Below, in pieces: positions 32,505 to 43,412 of a stretch of 64,000 bases of DNA. The notes below the pieces were generated by a model, which had not been told where the DNA came from, did not search any database, and worked only from the letters and a program-made list of their open reading frames with translations. This DNA comes from Thermoanaerobaculia bacterium (GTDB taxonomy: Bacteria > Acidobacteriota > Thermoanaerobaculia > Gp7-AA8): positions 5,582 through 69,581 of the forward strand of contig JBAZBK010000001.1 of the NCBI GenBank assembly GCA_041671505.1, read 5' to 3'. Made by a program: the position numbers and the translations under genes. Numbering within the stretch: the first letter of the stretch is position 1; each line of letters begins with the position of its first letter.

Positions 32505-35234
32505 ATGGTTGACCTCAACGCACCCGATCAGCCCTCGGCAACACGCAAGAGCGCAGTCGCAATCGCTCTCGGCCTCGCGTGCGTTGCTGGAACGTTCCGC
32601 ACCATCAGCGCCTCGTTCCCGCCTCACGAAGTGACGATCGTCTGGAGCCTCTTTCTCCCGATGCTCGTCGCTCTCGCCTGGGGCTGGCGCTATGGACTCG
32701 TCGCCGCCACCGTTGGAGGCGCGGCGCTCTCTCCACTCCTGCTCTGGCCCTCCAACGGTTACGCGAACATCGGAGCGTTCCTCCTGTACGGCGGCTGGCT
32801 CGTCTGGCATGGAGTCTTCTCCGACTGCCGCCGCCGCTGGCCTTCGCCCTGGAACAACCTCTACGTGGCACAGCTCGTCTACACGCCGCTCATCTTCGGG
32901 ATCCTGCTCGGAACCTATCCGATGCTGTTCCGGCTGAATCCTCCCTTCTGGGCGCCGGCTGCCGCGACGTCGATGTCCGGCCAGGTGCTGCAGACGATCG
33001 CGATCAAGGACAGCTTCGTCCTCGCGTTCCACATCCTCCTCTGTGACGCGCTGCTGACCATCGGCCCGGTGAGGCGAGCATTCTCACTTCCCCTCTCCTC
33101 GGCCGCACGTCTCAACTTCCGGATCATCGCGGGCGCGCTCCTGACCGGTGCGGTCATCCTCGGCGGATACATCGCGCTCGACGCGACGATGCAGGGACGT
33201 CCGGCCCTCGCCGAGCTCGCGGAAGGGATGTCGGACGAGCACGAGAAGCTGCTGCTCTTCGCGTCGCTGCTCAGCCTCGTCGCGGGGGTCCAACTGGCGA
33301 AGTACGTCGAGCGCCGGCTCGAAGTCGAAGAAGCGCTCCGCGCGAGCGAGGCGAACGCCCGGACGATCTTCGACTCCGTGAACGATGCGATCTTCATTCA
33401 CGACGGCGAGAGCGGCGCGATCCTCGACGTGAACAGCCGCGCGTGCGAGATGTACGGCTACGAGGCGGACGAGTTCCGGAGCCTCGACATCGGAGAAATC
33501 AGCCTCGGAGAGTCCCCGTACTCGCAAGCGGATGCGCTTCAGCTGATCGTCGACGCGATGCGCGGCGAGCCGCGCCTCGTCGAGTGGAGAACGAAACGGC
33601 GCGACGGCACGCTTTTCTGGTCGGAGGTGAACCTTCGCCGCGCGACGATCGGCGGCCATGAGCGCGTGCTCGTTGTCGTCCGGGACATCACGGAGCGGGT
33701 TCGAGCGATCGAAGGGCTCCAGGAGAGCGAGCGGCGCTACCGGACGCTCTTCGAGTCGGCCACCGACGCCGTGCTCGTGGTGAAGGACGATCGCTTCGTC
33801 GATTGCAATCTGCGCACGCTCGACGTCTTCGGATGCAGTCGCGAGGCGATCATCGGATCGGGCCCCGAGCGCTTCTCCCCGCCTCTCCAACCCGACGGGC
33901 GCGACTCGGGTGCGGCGGCGGCCGCGAGGATCGAGGCGGCGCTGGCAGGAGACTCGCAGAGTTTCGAATGGATGCACGTCCGCGCGGACGGAAGCCCGTT
34001 CGACGCCGAAGTCAGCCTGACGAGAGTCGACCTGCTCAGCGGCACCTACATCGTCGCCACCGTGCGCGACGTGAGCGAGAGGAAGAAGCTCGAGTCACAG
34101 CTGCGCCAGTCGCAGAAGATGGAGGCGATCGGCCAGCTCGCCGGTGGCGTCGCGCATGACTTCAACAACCTGCTCACCGTGATCACCGGCTACGCCGGAA
34201 TCCTCGCGATGGAGCTCCAGGGCAACGCCGACCAGAGCGAGCTCGTCGAGCAGATCCTCAAGGCCGCCGACAAGTCGGCGAAACTGACGAGTCAGCTCCT
34301 CGCCTTCAGCAGGAAGCAGGCGATCGCCCCGAAGCCCGCCGACCTGAACGAGCTCGTGAAGGGAGTCGAGAAGCTGCTGCTCCGCGTGATCGGCGAGAAC
34401 ATCGAAGTGCGCACGAGTCTCGCTCCGGGCAGGTTACTGGCGATGGTCGATCCCGTCCAGATCGAGCAGGTCATGATGAACCTCGCGACCAACGCCCGCG
34501 ACGCCATGCCCGCGGGCGGCACCTTCTCGATCACGACCGAGCGGATCGATGTCGAGGAGACGTTTGCGCGGCTCCACGGCCTCGCGGGCGCGGGTCCCTA
34601 CTGCCTCGTCATCGTCTCCGACACCGGCACGGGCATGGACGACGAGCAGCGGCAACGGATCTTCGATCCGTTCTACACGACCAAGGGCGTCGGGAAGGGA
34701 ACCGGCCTCGGCCTGTCGATCGTCTACGGCATCGTGAGGCAGCACAAGGGCGGCATCAGCGTCTACAGCGAGCCAGGCAACGGGACGATCTTCCGGATCT
34801 TCCTCCCGCTCACTCCCGATGCCGAGGTCTGGCCCGAAGAGCGAAGCGACCCCGCGCCGCAGGGGCATGGCGAGACGATCCTCGTCGCCGAGGACAGCGA
34901 AGAGGTCAGGCTCTTCGTGACCAGGCTGCTCAGGAAATCAGGTTACGAAGTCATCGAAAGCGCGAACGGCGAAGAAGCCGTCTCGGCGTTCGGCGCAAAC
35001 GCGGAGCACATCGCGCTCGTGCTGCTCGACGTGATCATGCCGAAGAAGAGCGGCAGGGAAGCGTGGGAAGAGATCCGCGCGATGAAGCCGTCGGTCAGGG
35101 CGCTCTTCTTCAGCGGCTACACGGCCGACATCATCGAGCGGAATGGCCTCCTCGACGAGGGCCTCGAGCTGCTCTCGAAACCGGTCGCGCCCGCGGAACT
35201 GCTCACGAGAGTCCGCACGATCCTCGACCGGTAG
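32505..35234 (+). CDS. hybrid sensor histidine kinase (polytopic N-terminal sensor, 2 PAS, HisKA, HATPase_c, receiver)
   Basis: Multi-TM N-terminal region, PAS repeats, H-box AHDFNNLL, G-boxes and a C-terminal receiver ([11 protein letters not shown]...VLLDVIMP). Confidence 0.9.
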   Translation: MVDLNAPDQPSATRKSAVAIALGLACVAGTFRTISASFPPHEVTIVWSLFLPMLVALAWGWRYGLVAATVGGAALSPLLLWPSNGYANIGAFLLYGGWLVWHGVFSDCRRRWPSPWNNLYVAQLVYTPLIFGILLGTYPMLFRLNPPFWAPAAATSMSGQVLQTIAIKDSFVLAFHILLCDALLTIGPVRRAFSLPLSSAARLNFRIIAGALLTGAVILGGYIALDATMQGRPALAELAEGMSDEHEKLLLFASLLSLVAGVQLAKYVERRLEVEEALRASEANARTIFDSVNDAIFIHDGESGAILDVNSRACEMYGYEADEFRSLDIGEISLGESPYSQADALQLIVDAMRGEPRLVEWRTKRRDGTLFWSEVNLRRATIGGHERVLVVVRDITERVRAIEGLQESERRYRTLFESATDAVLVVKDDRFVDCNLRTLDVFGCSREAIIGSGPERFSPPLQPDGRDSGAAAAARIEAALAGDSQSFEWMHVRADGSPFDAEVSLTRVDLLSGTYIVATVRDVSERKKLESQLRQSQKMEAIGQLAGGVAHDFNNLLTVITGYAGILAMELQGNADQSELVEQILKAADKSAKLTSQLLAFSRKQAIAPKPADLNELVKGVEKLLLRVIGENIEVRTSLAPGRLLAMVDPVQIEQVMMNLATNARDAMPAGGTFSITTERIDVEETFARLHGLAGAGPYCLVIVSDTGTGMDDEQRQRIFDPFYTTKGVGKGTGLGLSIVYGIVRQHKGGISVYSEPGNGTIFRIFLPLTPDAEVWPEERSDPAPQGHGETILVAEDSEEVRLFVTRLLRKSGYEVIESANGEEAVSAFGANAEHIALVLLDVIMPKKSGREAWEEIRAMKPSVRALFFSGYTADIIERNGLLDEGLELLSKPVAPAELLTRVRTILDR

Positions 35235-35252
35235 CGGTGGGCTCACGGCCGG

Positions 35253-35867
35253 CTAACGGGCTACGCCGCGATAGTTGAAGCTCGCTGGCCTGAAGCCCCT
35301 CTGGTAGGCGCTCTCGTGAAGCTCGACTTCGAATCCACCGTCTCTGAGCCGGGCCGGCACGTCGATGTCGAGACTGCATCCTCCGCTGAAGATTTTCCAC
35401 AGGGGATTGAGTCGCTCCTGCCATCTGCGGACGGCGATGTCCGGCGCGACGCCGTGCTCGCAGAAGAGGAGCTTCCCGTCCGGTACGAGGACGCGATGCA
35501 TCTCCGAGGTCGCGGCGGCGAGATCGGGAATCGTGCAGAGCGACCAGGTGACGACGATCGTGTCGATCGAGCCCGACTCCAGCGGGATCGACTCGGCGCA
35601 TGCCTCGATGAGCTCCACATCGACCGGTGCCGCGGACGCCCGGCTCGCGGCAAGCGTGAGCATCTCGGCCGACCGGTCCAGGCCGAAGACTCTCTCCACA
35701 CTCGCGGGGTCGTAGAACGACAGGTTCAGTCCCGACCCGACGCCGATCTCGAGCACGCGTCCGGAGGCGTGCGGCACGACTTCCGCCCGCTGGCGCATCA
35801 TCCGGCTGCCGCCACAGACGTGGTGAACGATCCTGGGCAAGAGGTATCGGGAGTAGAACCCCATCAA
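35253..35867 (-). CDS. class I SAM-dependent methyltransferase (Methyltransf_11-like)
   Basis: VLEIGVGSGLN motif I and DTIV motif. Confidence 0.8.
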   Translation of the reverse strand: MMGFYSRYLLPRIVHHVCGGSRMMRQRAEVVPHASGRVLEIGVGSGLNLSFYDPASVERVFGLDRSAEMLTLAASRASAAPVDVELIEACAESIPLESGSIDTIVVTWSLCTIPDLAAATSEMHRVLVPDGKLLFCEHGVAPDIAVRRWQERLNPLWKIFSGGCSLDIDVPARLRDGGFEVELHESAYQRGFRPASFNYRGVAR

Positions 35868-36101
35868 GCCATCATACCGGCGCGAGCCGGATCAGCACTC
35901 GAGCGGCGGCAGACATTCGGCTGAACGCCTGCTTTACTGCCTTCTCAATTCAACGCTCTAGCTTTCAGCTTCAGCTTCTCCTCCGTCAGTTCGAGGCCAT
36001 TCGGTGTGACCCCAGCCCCGCTCGTCACTCCCGCACGGGGCGAACGTCACTCACATCGCCCTTCCTGCGGGACTACCGTTGATGACCTCAGGGAGGATCC
36101 G

Positions 36102-36578
36102 ATGGCGAAAAATATCCGGTTCCGACTCAATGGAAGACCGACAACCCTCCCGCCGAACCCGGAGCGAACGCTGCTGCGCGCGCTTCGCACCGACCTCGGC
36201 CTGACCGGCACTCATTACGGCTGCGGCATCGGCGAGTGCGGGTCGTGCACCGTCGTGGTCGACGGCAAGGCGGTCCGCTCCTGCGTCACGACCCTCGCCG
36301 ACATCGAGGGCAAGGACGTGGTCACCATCGAGGGGCTCGCAAAGGGCGACAAGCTCCATCCGCTGCAGAGCGCATTCATCGAGCACGGCGCGTTCCAGTG
36401 CGGTTACTGCACCTCGGGGATGCTGATGAACGCCTATGCGCTGACGAAGGAGAAGAAAACACTCTCCCGGGCGGAGATCATCGACGGGATGGAGGGAAAC
36501 CTCTGCCGCTGCGGCGCGCACACGAGGATCATCGCCGCGATCGAAGAGGTCACGGGCGCGAAAGGAGGCCGGTCATGA
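36102..36578 (+). CDS. [2Fe-2S]-binding small subunit of a xanthine dehydrogenase-family molybdo-hydroxylase (IorA/CoxS-like)
   Basis: CGIGECGSC and QCGYCTSGM...CRCGAH cluster motifs, GGGAGG Shine-Dalgarno, and stop overlapping the next start (ATGA). Confidence 0.85.
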   Translation: MAKNIRFRLNGRPTTLPPNPERTLLRALRTDLGLTGTHYGCGIGECGSCTVVVDGKAVRSCVTTLADIEGKDVVTIEGLAKGDKLHPLQSAFIEHGAFQCGYCTSGMLMNAYALTKEKKTLSRAEIIDGMEGNLCRCGAHTRIIAAIEEVTGAKGGRS

Positions 36579-38704
36579 CCGCTTCGACCGAGCTCGACCG
36601 CCGTGAATTCGTGAAGCTGATCGGCGGCGGCATCGTCGTCCTCGTCACCATGAGCCCCTCGGAGCTTTTCGCACAGCAGCGTCAGTACCCGACCGACGTC
36701 AACGCATACCTCCACATCGCCGGCGACGGCCGCATCACGGTCTTCTCCGGGAAGATCGAAATGGGCCAGGGGGTGATGACGTCGCAGGCGCAGATGGCCG
36801 CGGAGGAGTTAGGCGTATCGCTCTCGCGGATCGAGATGATCCTGGGCGATACCGACAAGTGCCCGTGGGACATGGGGACCTTCGGCTCGCTGACCACGCG
36901 CATGTTCGGGCCGGCGCTTCGCGCGGCATGCGCCGAGGCGCGGTCGGCGCTCGTGCAGCTCGCGTCCGAGCGGTTAGGCGTGCCGAAGGAGCAGCTCGTC
37001 GTCGACGACGGCGTCGTCTCGGTCGCCGCCGATCGCTCGAAGAAGGTGACCTACGGCCAGCTCGCGAACGGCAAGGCGATCACCCGCACGCTCGACGAGA
37101 AGGCGGTGCTCCGCTCGGTCGCCGAGTTCAAGGTGATGGGACGCTCGCCGAAGCGGGTCGACGGCGTCGAGAAGGTGACGGGCCGCGCGAAGTACGCGGC
37201 CGACCTCACGCTTCCCGGGATGCTGTCGGCGCGAATGGTCCGCCCGCCGGCACACGGCGCGAAGCTCGTCAGTGTCGACACGACGAGAGCCGGGAAAGTC
37301 GAAGGCCTTACCGTGGTGAACCAGGACGGGCTCGTCGCGGTGCTTCACGCGGATCCCGAAATCGCCGCGCAGGCGGTAAAGACGATCGTCGCGAACTGGC
37401 AGGTGCGCAAGGTCGCCGTCGACACCGATTCGATCTTCGACTACCTCGTGAGCAAGGCTCCTGAGCCGGAGGCGCGCGAGGCCCGCGGCGACGTCGCGGC
37501 GGCACGCAAGCGCGAGAAGACGCTCATCGAGATGACGTGGCGCACCGGCTACCGCGCGCACGCGCCGATGGAGCCGCACAGCGCACTCGCCGAGGTGAAG
37601 GACGGCAAGGCGACGGTCTGGGCATCGACGCAGACACCGTTCCCGACGCGCGATGCCGTCGCGAAGGCAATCGGCTTCGATCCCGCGAACGTAAGGCTCA
37701 TCACTCCCTACGTCGGCGGTGGCTTCGGCGGAAAGTCGTCCGCGGGGCAGGCGGTCGAAGCGGCGCTCCTGGCGAAGATCGTCGGCAAGCCTGTGCAGCT
37801 CGAGTGGACGCGCGAGGAGGAGTTCTTCTTCGACGCCTTCGATCCCTCCTCGGTCGTGAAGATCGCCTCGGCGATGACCGCCGAGGGAAAGATCACGATG
37901 TGGGAGTACGACGTTTACTGTGCGGGCTCGCGATCGACCGAGATCTTCTACGACGTGCCCGACAGCGTCGTCCGCATCCACGGGAGCTGGCGCGGGGCGG
38001 GCGCAGACACCCATCTGTTCGCGGTCGGGCCATGGCGCGCGCCGGGAGCGAACACGAACGTCTTCGCGCGCGAGTCGCACGTCGACGTCATGGCCGCGGC
38101 CGCGCGGATCGACCCGCTCGAATTCCGCCTGAAGAACACCAAGGACGAGCGGATGCGCCGCGTGCTCGAGGCCGCCGCGAAGGCAGCGGACTGGAAGGCG
38201 GCTCCGGGACCGAGCGGCCAGGGACGCGCCATCGCGTGCGGCATCGACGCGGGCACGTACGTCGCGCTCGTCGCCTTCGTGAAGGTCGACGAGAAGACGG
38301 GACGCGTAAGAGTCGAGCGCGTCGTCTGCGCGCAGGACATGGGAATCGTCGTCAATCCCGACGGCGCGACGATGCAGGTCGAGGGCTGCGTCACGATGGG
38401 GCTCGGCTACGCGTTCACCGAAGAGCTCCGCTTCGACGGCGGAAAGATCCTCGACACCAACTTCGATAGCTACACGATTCCGCGCTTCTCATGGGTGCCG
38501 AAGATCGAGACGGTGCTCGTGAAGAACGACGAGCTCGCGCCGCAGGGTGGCGGCGAGCCGGCGATCGTCCCGATGGGCGCTGTGATCGCGAACGCGATCT
38601 TCGACGCGTGCGGCGCGCGGCTCGAGCGCCTGCCGATGACGCCCGAGCGGGTGCTCGCGGCGCTCGCGAGGACGAAGACGAAGGACTCGGGCGCGGCGGG
38701 ATGA
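36575..38704 (+). CDS. molybdopterin-binding large subunit of an aldehyde/isoquinoline oxidoreductase-type enzyme with Tat signal
   Basis: Start at the ATG at 36575 (MTASTELDRREFVKLIGGGIVVL is a twin-Arg signal). 709 aa with Mo-hydroxylase large-subunit architecture. The listed 822-aa ORF extension overlaps the small subunit and is rejected. Confidence 0.85.
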   Translation: MTASTELDRREFVKLIGGGIVVLVTMSPSELFAQQRQYPTDVNAYLHIAGDGRITVFSGKIEMGQGVMTSQAQMAAEELGVSLSRIEMILGDTDKCPWDMGTFGSLTTRMFGPALRAACAEARSALVQLASERLGVPKEQLVVDDGVVSVAADRSKKVTYGQLANGKAITRTLDEKAVLRSVAEFKVMGRSPKRVDGVEKVTGRAKYAADLTLPGMLSARMVRPPAHGAKLVSVDTTRAGKVEGLTVVNQDGLVAVLHADPEIAAQAVKTIVANWQVRKVAVDTDSIFDYLVSKAPEPEAREARGDVAAARKREKTLIEMTWRTGYRAHAPMEPHSALAEVKDGKATVWASTQTPFPTRDAVAKAIGFDPANVRLITPYVGGGFGGKSSAGQAVEAALLAKIVGKPVQLEWTREEEFFFDAFDPSSVVKIASAMTAEGKITMWEYDVYCAGSRSTEIFYDVPDSVVRIHGSWRGAGADTHLFAVGPWRAPGANTNVFARESHVDVMAAAARIDPLEFRLKNTKDERMRRVLEAAAKAADWKAAPGPSGQGRAIACGIDAGTYVALVAFVKVDEKTGRVRVERVVCAQDMGIVVNPDGATMQVEGCVTMGLGYAFTEELRFDGGKILDTNFDSYTIPRFSWVPKIETVLVKNDELAPQGGGEPAIVPMGAVIANAIFDACGARLERLPMTPERVLAALARTKTKDSGAAG

Positions 38705-38736
38705 GCTTGGTGGTGGGGTGAGACACCACCACTCAC

Positions 38737-39783
38737 TCAATACCCTTCGCCTTCGGCCGCCGCGTGGGCCTTGCCGCGGTGGTGGCGGAAGATCAGCGTC
38801 GTATAGCAGACGGCCAGCACGAGCCCGAACGGCCACCAGAGGAGGCCGGCGCGCAGCGACTCGGGAGCCGCCGCTGCGTTCGCTGCAGTCAGCGACCAGG
38901 CGGGGTCGATGGTCGAGCGCAGCCAGACGGGATAGAGCGATGCCGCTGTGGCGGCGAGCAGCCCGAGAACGAACGCCGATGATCCGAGGAACGCGGCGAG
39001 ATCGCCTCCGCGACGGCGGGCGAGGACGCTCGTGGCAAGCCCGACGCACGCCGCGAGCGTGGCCGCAATAGCGAGCGGGCGCTTCGCGACGGCGCCCATG
39101 ACGTGCGGCGCGACGTAGACCGTTCCCGCCGTCGCAACGAGCCAGAGCACGACTACGACGGGGAAGAGCCGCGCCGCCAGTGCGCGGCTGCGGCTCGACA
39201 CGTCGCCGTCGGTCTTCCAGGTCAGGAAGAGCGCGCCGTGATGGGCGAGCACGGCGAGCGCCGTGACGCCCGAGAGAACCGTGTACCAGTCGAGAATCCC
39301 CAACGCGCCGCCCGGCGAGAACGAATCGAAGAGCGGAAGCGCGAACCAGCCATCCGCAGAGAGCGGCACGCCGCGCACGACGTTTCCCAACGCCGCACCA
39401 AGCAATACCGGCGCGAGTACCGATGCCAGCGAAAAAGTGGCGTCCCAGAACGCGCGCCACATCCCGTCGGAAACGTGCGAACGGAACTCGATCGCGATGC
39501 CGCGCAGAATCAGCACCCAGAGCAGCATGAAAACGGCGAGATAGAGTCCCGACAGGCCCGAGGCGAGCACCTTTGGAAAGGCGAGGAAGAGCACGCCGCC
39601 GCCGGCGAGGAGCCACACCTCGTTGCCGTCCCAGAAGGGGCCGATCGCCGCGAGCACCTGCCGTCGCTCTCCGTCGCTTCGCGCGACCAGGAGGTGCAGC
39701 GCGCCTGCGCCGAAGTCGAAGCCGTCGAGGACGACGTAGACGGCGAACACCATCACGGCAATGGCAAACCAGAGCGCTTCCAT
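38737..39783 (-). CDS. cydB: cytochrome bd ubiquinol oxidase subunit II
   Basis: MEALWFAIAVMVFAVYVVLDGFDFGAGAL... is the canonical CydB N-terminus; about 8 TM helices. Confidence 0.9.
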   Translation of the reverse strand: MEALWFAIAVMVFAVYVVLDGFDFGAGALHLLVARSDGERRQVLAAIGPFWDGNEVWLLAGGGVLFLAFPKVLASGLSGLYLAVFMLLWVLILRGIAIEFRSHVSDGMWRAFWDATFSLASVLAPVLLGAALGNVVRGVPLSADGWFALPLFDSFSPGGALGILDWYTVLSGVTALAVLAHHGALFLTWKTDGDVSSRSRALAARLFPVVVVLWLVATAGTVYVAPHVMGAVAKRPLAIAATLAACVGLATSVLARRRGGDLAAFLGSSAFVLGLLAATAASLYPVWLRSTIDPAWSLTAANAAAAPESLRAGLLWWPFGLVLAVCYTTLIFRHHRGKAHAAAEGEGY

Positions 39784-39796
39784 CGAGTTTCTCCGA

Positions 39797-41194
39797 TCAG
39801 TCGTGGTCAGGCGAGCCTAACGGACGAGGGCCGTGCTCGACCTCGCGTGCGACGAGCATCAGGAACAGCATCCCGAGCACGAGGTAGAGCCCCGCGAACC
39901 CGAGCGTCGTGAAGAGTGTCGAGCCGCCGTGCACGGTCGGCGAGCCCCCTTCCGCGGTGCGCATGATTCCGTAGATCAGCCAGGGCTGGCGACCGAGCTC
40001 GGCGCTCAGCCATCCGGCGGTGTTCGCGATGAAGGGAAACGGGAACGCGAGCGCGATGCTCCAGAGCAGCCAGCGGCTCGTCGCGAGCCAGCCGCGCCAG
40101 AGCCAGAGCGTCGCGATCCCCATCAACCCGATGAAGAGCGTGCCTAACCCGACCATGATGTGGAACGAGAAGTAGAGAAGCTCGATGTTCGTCGGCCATT
40201 CGCTCTCCGGAAAATCCTCGAGCCCCTGCACGTTGGCGGAAAAGTCGCCGTACGCGATGTAGGAGAGGACCGCGGGGAGCTCGATCGGATTGTCGAGCTT
40301 GCGTCCGGCGACGTCGGGCTGGCCGATCACCGCGAGCGGCGCCTTGGGCCCGCTCTTGAAGTGCCCCTCCATCGCAGCGAGCGTGATCGGCTGATGCGCG
40401 GCGACCATCCTCCCCTGCTCGTGACCGGTCGGCATCGCGGAGAGCATCGCAGCGATCAGGCCGGCGACGACGCCGGTGTTGAGCGAGACGCGCGCCGCCG
40501 CGGCATGCTCGCCGCGCAGCGACCAGTAGGCCCCGACCGCCGCCATCGCGAACGCCCCGGTCACCGCGGCCCCGCACATCGTGTGCGCGTACTCCAGCAG
40601 GCCCCAGGGATTCGCGAGGTAGGCGCCGAGGTCGGCGATCGACAGCACGCCGTTCGCGTCGCGCGTGTAGCCAACCGGATGCTGCATGAACGCATTGGTC
40701 GTGACGATGAAGTAACCGGAGGCCCAGCTTCCGACGAAGAGCGCGACCGCCGCGAGGAAGTGCTTGCGCGGCCCCAGCTTCCTCTCGCCCCAGACGAGGA
40801 GGGCGAGGAAGCTCGACTCGAGGAAGAAGGCGAAGATCCCCTCCATCGCGAGCGTCTGCCCGATGACCCCGCCCGCCTTCGCGGAGAAGCCCGCCCAGTT
40901 CGTGCCGAACTGAAACTCCATCGGGATTCCGGTGACGACGCCCATCGCGAACGAGAGGCCGAAAATCCTGATCCAGAAGCGCGCCGCGTCGTCGAATTCC
41001 GGACGGCCGGTGCGAAGACCGATTCCCTTCAGCACGACGATGAGCAGCGCGAGCCCCATCGTGAGCTGCGGGAAGAGATAGTGATACGTGATCGTGAAAC
41101 CGAACTGCAGGCGGTGCCAGAAAAGCGGATCGCTCAACGCGAGCCTCCTTACGACGAGAAGAAATGCGTCCGGAGAGACGATGATGTCACGCAA
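39797..41194 (-). CDS. cydA: cytochrome bd ubiquinol oxidase subunit I
   Basis: LQFGFTITYHYLFPQLTMGLALLIV... heme b558 region, Q-loop, 465 aa. The exact start is uncertain. Confidence 0.9.
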   Translation of the reverse strand: MRDIIVSPDAFLLVVRRLALSDPLFWHRLQFGFTITYHYLFPQLTMGLALLIVVLKGIGLRTGRPEFDDAARFWIRIFGLSFAMGVVTGIPMEFQFGTNWAGFSAKAGGVIGQTLAMEGIFAFFLESSFLALLVWGERKLGPRKHFLAAVALFVGSWASGYFIVTTNAFMQHPVGYTRDANGVLSIADLGAYLANPWGLLEYAHTMCGAAVTGAFAMAAVGAYWSLRGEHAAAARVSLNTGVVAGLIAAMLSAMPTGHEQGRMVAAHQPITLAAMEGHFKSGPKAPLAVIGQPDVAGRKLDNPIELPAVLSYIAYGDFSANVQGLEDFPESEWPTNIELLYFSFHIMVGLGTLFIGLMGIATLWLWRGWLATSRWLLWSIALAFPFPFIANTAGWLSAELGRQPWLIYGIMRTAEGGSPTVHGGSTLFTTLGFAGLYLVLGMLFLMLVAREVEHGPRPLGSPDHD

Positions 41195-41234
41195 TCGCCA
41201 TGATTGAAACCGGGCGGCTCGATCGAGGTGCGCC

Positions 41235-41543
41235 TTACAGCTCGATCGACTGCCACCCCATGAACTGCGGGTGCCCGATCATCAGCCCCTCCGGCATCCT
41301 CGCCGCGCCGTGCGCCTTGCGGAAGGCTTCGCTGCGAGTCCAGGCGGTAAAGCTCTCCTCCGACTCCCATATGACATGGCTCGCGTAGCGATGCGAGCCG
41401 TCTTCGTGATCCTGCCCTCGCACGAGATGAAACTGGACGAATCCCGGCACATCGCCGAGGTGGCTTTCACGCTCTCTCCAGCGCGCCTCGAACTCCCCGC
41501 CCCTGCCTGCTGCGATCCTGAAGTGGTTCATTGCGACGTACAT
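41235..41543 (-). CDS. ABM-family (antibiotic biosynthesis monooxygenase / IsdG-like) small protein immediately upstream of cydAB
   Basis: Start at the ATG at 41543 (MYVAMNHFRIAAGRGGEFEARWRERESHL...), an ABM ferredoxin-like fold signature. The N-terminal 54 codons of the listed ORF are judged an artefact. Confidence 0.6.
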   Translation of the reverse strand: MYVAMNHFRIAAGRGGEFEARWRERESHLGDVPGFVQFHLVRGQDHEDGSHRYASHVIWESEESFTAWTRSEAFRKAHGAARMPEGLMIGHPQFMGWQSIEL

Positions 41544-41938
41544 GAGTCGATGTTGTATCAGATCGACGCGGTGACACGTAGCAGTAACAACTCCAATCCG
41601 ACCGCTTTCGCCACGCGAATTCGACCCGCGTGGCCCCGAAACGAGGGCCACGCCTAACCGTCGCGGGAACATTCCGGCATCCGGGGCGGTTACCCCGATC
41701 GACAATGAGCACCCTCTTCTCCCTCCCCCGATTCTCCTTCCGCACCCGTGTCACGCCCGGGTGTGCGGGTCGCGTCGCGCCTTCGCGATGAGACTCGCCT
41801 GAGTCCCCGACAATTCTGATTCGCAGCCCGTCCGGCGCTTCGCGTCGGTCGAATGCATACGCGCAGGTCCCCGCTCCGGTCCGGGCGGAGCCTGTTCACG
41901 AGCGCGGGACGAAACGCGCCACCAAAAGGAAACTTCAA

Positions 41939-42352
41939 ATGTTCGAAGGAACGATCTGCGTCACGGCACAGGACAAACTACGGCTCACGAGACTGCTGAG
42001 CGAAACCGATACCACGGGAGAAGATCGCGAGCATCTCGACGATCTGCGCCACGAGCTCTCGCGCGCGAGCGTCATCCCGGCAGTCGACATCGCGCCCGAC
42101 GTCGTCACGATGAAGTCGCGCGTTCGCGTGCTCGACCTCGACGACATCTGCGAGCTCGAGTACACGATCGTCTACCCCCACGAAGCCGACTACGCGACCG
42201 GCCGCATCTCGGTCCTCGCGCCGATCGGCACCGCGCTGCTCGGCTACCGCGAAGGCGACACGGTCGAATGGCAGGTACCCGGAGGAAGGCGCCGCCTGAA
42301 GATCGACGCGGTCCTATATCAGCCGGAAGCGGCGGGCAACTTCGCGCTCTGA
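41939..42352 (+). CDS. rnk: GreA/GreB-family protein, regulator of nucleoside diphosphate kinase (Rnk-like)
   Basis: 137 aa with a C-terminal GreA/B FKBP-like domain (TVEWQVPGGRRRLKIDAVLYQPE). Confidence 0.8.
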   Translation: MFEGTICVTAQDKLRLTRLLSETDTTGEDREHLDDLRHELSRASVIPAVDIAPDVVTMKSRVRVLDLDDICELEYTIVYPHEADYATGRISVLAPIGTALLGYREGDTVEWQVPGGRRRLKIDAVLYQPEAAGNFAL

Positions 42353-42490
42353 GGCCGGCGCGAGGGGTCGGAGCCGCAGTTTGAAGTATGGAACACGCCT
42401 ACACGTCAAACTGCAGCTCCGACCCATCATCTGACCCGCCGCCCTCGGCATTGCGGCGCTCCCCACCCTGCAATACACTCGTGCCGTTGC

Positions 42491-42567
42491 GCGCCCGTAG
42501 CTCAATTGGATAGAGCATCAGACTTCGGATCTGAGGGTTGGGGGTTCGAGCCCCTCCGGGCGCGCCA
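42491..42567 (+). tRNA. tRNA-Arg (anticodon TCG)
   Basis: GCGCCCG acceptor, anticodon loop CTTCGGA, T-loop GGTTCGAGCC, CCA encoded. Confidence 0.9.
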
Positions 42568-42610
42568 GAGTTCGAGCCGTCTTCTCTTTACACCTCGCGA
42601 GGCCTGAACC

Positions 42611-43180
42611 ATGTCAACACTCCTCCTCCGCTTCGTCCTCTCCGCAGTGCTCGCGCTTCCTGCTCTAACTCTTTCGCGCCCGCTGCTCGCCGAAGAGAAG
42701 GGTCCTGACGGGATGTTCGACGCGGTCGCGGAGGTGAAGGGACCGCAGGGGACGCGGTCGATGCCGGTGACGATCGAAGTGCGCAATCCGATGACGCTCG
42801 CCGAGGCACAGGGGCTGCGCGATGTCCTCGAGAAGGGCGGGCAGCAGGCGCTCGCGAACGCGATCCGCGGGGCGAACCGCGGCAGCCTCATGCTCGGCGC
42901 GGTCTCGTACCCTCTCGATATCGTGGTCGCCGAGCCGGAGGGCGACAGGTGGAAGTACGCGATCGTCACGGTGCGCAATTTCCACTGGAACGAGGAGGCG
43001 CTCGGCGAAGAATCGCTCGACTTTCCCTTCACCGTCGTCACGTTCGAAGCGCCCGGCTTCGGTCGCGGCGAGGGTAAGGTCATGCCGCGCGCCGCGCTGT
43101 CGATCGGCGCGGACGGCCGCCTCGCCGTCGAGAAGTACCAGGGAACCGACGGGCGGATGAAGGACGTGAAGCGGCGTTAG
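42611..43180 (+). CDS. secreted hypothetical protein
   Basis: Signal peptide MSTLLLRFVLSAVLALPALTLS; no recognisable motifs. Confidence 0.5.
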   Translation: MSTLLLRFVLSAVLALPALTLSRPLLAEEKGPDGMFDAVAEVKGPQGTRSMPVTIEVRNPMTLAEAQGLRDVLEKGGQQALANAIRGANRGSLMLGAVSYPLDIVVAEPEGDRWKYAIVTVRNFHWNEEALGEESLDFPFTVVTFEAPGFGRGEGKVMPRAALSIGADGRLAVEKYQGTDGRMKDVKRR

Positions 43181-43412
43181 GACGGGGAAACAAGCACAGA
43201 CGCGCCGCGCTCACGCGCGACGCATCAGACGGCGCCGCTGCCGCGGCGCGTTCAAATTTCTCGTGACGCAACCCCGCGCTTACGGGCGGGGCTAATTAAA
43301 AACGGCCGCTGCCGCGGCCGAAAGATGGCAGCCAACGCGGGACGCCCGCGCCCATCTCCACATTTTCCGTCCTGCAGCGCCTTCCTCCACCCCTGCCGTT
43401 TACAATCCCCCC

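Noticed and set aside
38764-41203. ORFs antisense to cydAB (38764..38982 +, 39103..39912 +, 40160..41203 +)
   Set aside because: Antisense to canonical cytochrome bd genes, with Arg/Glu-rich low-complexity translations.
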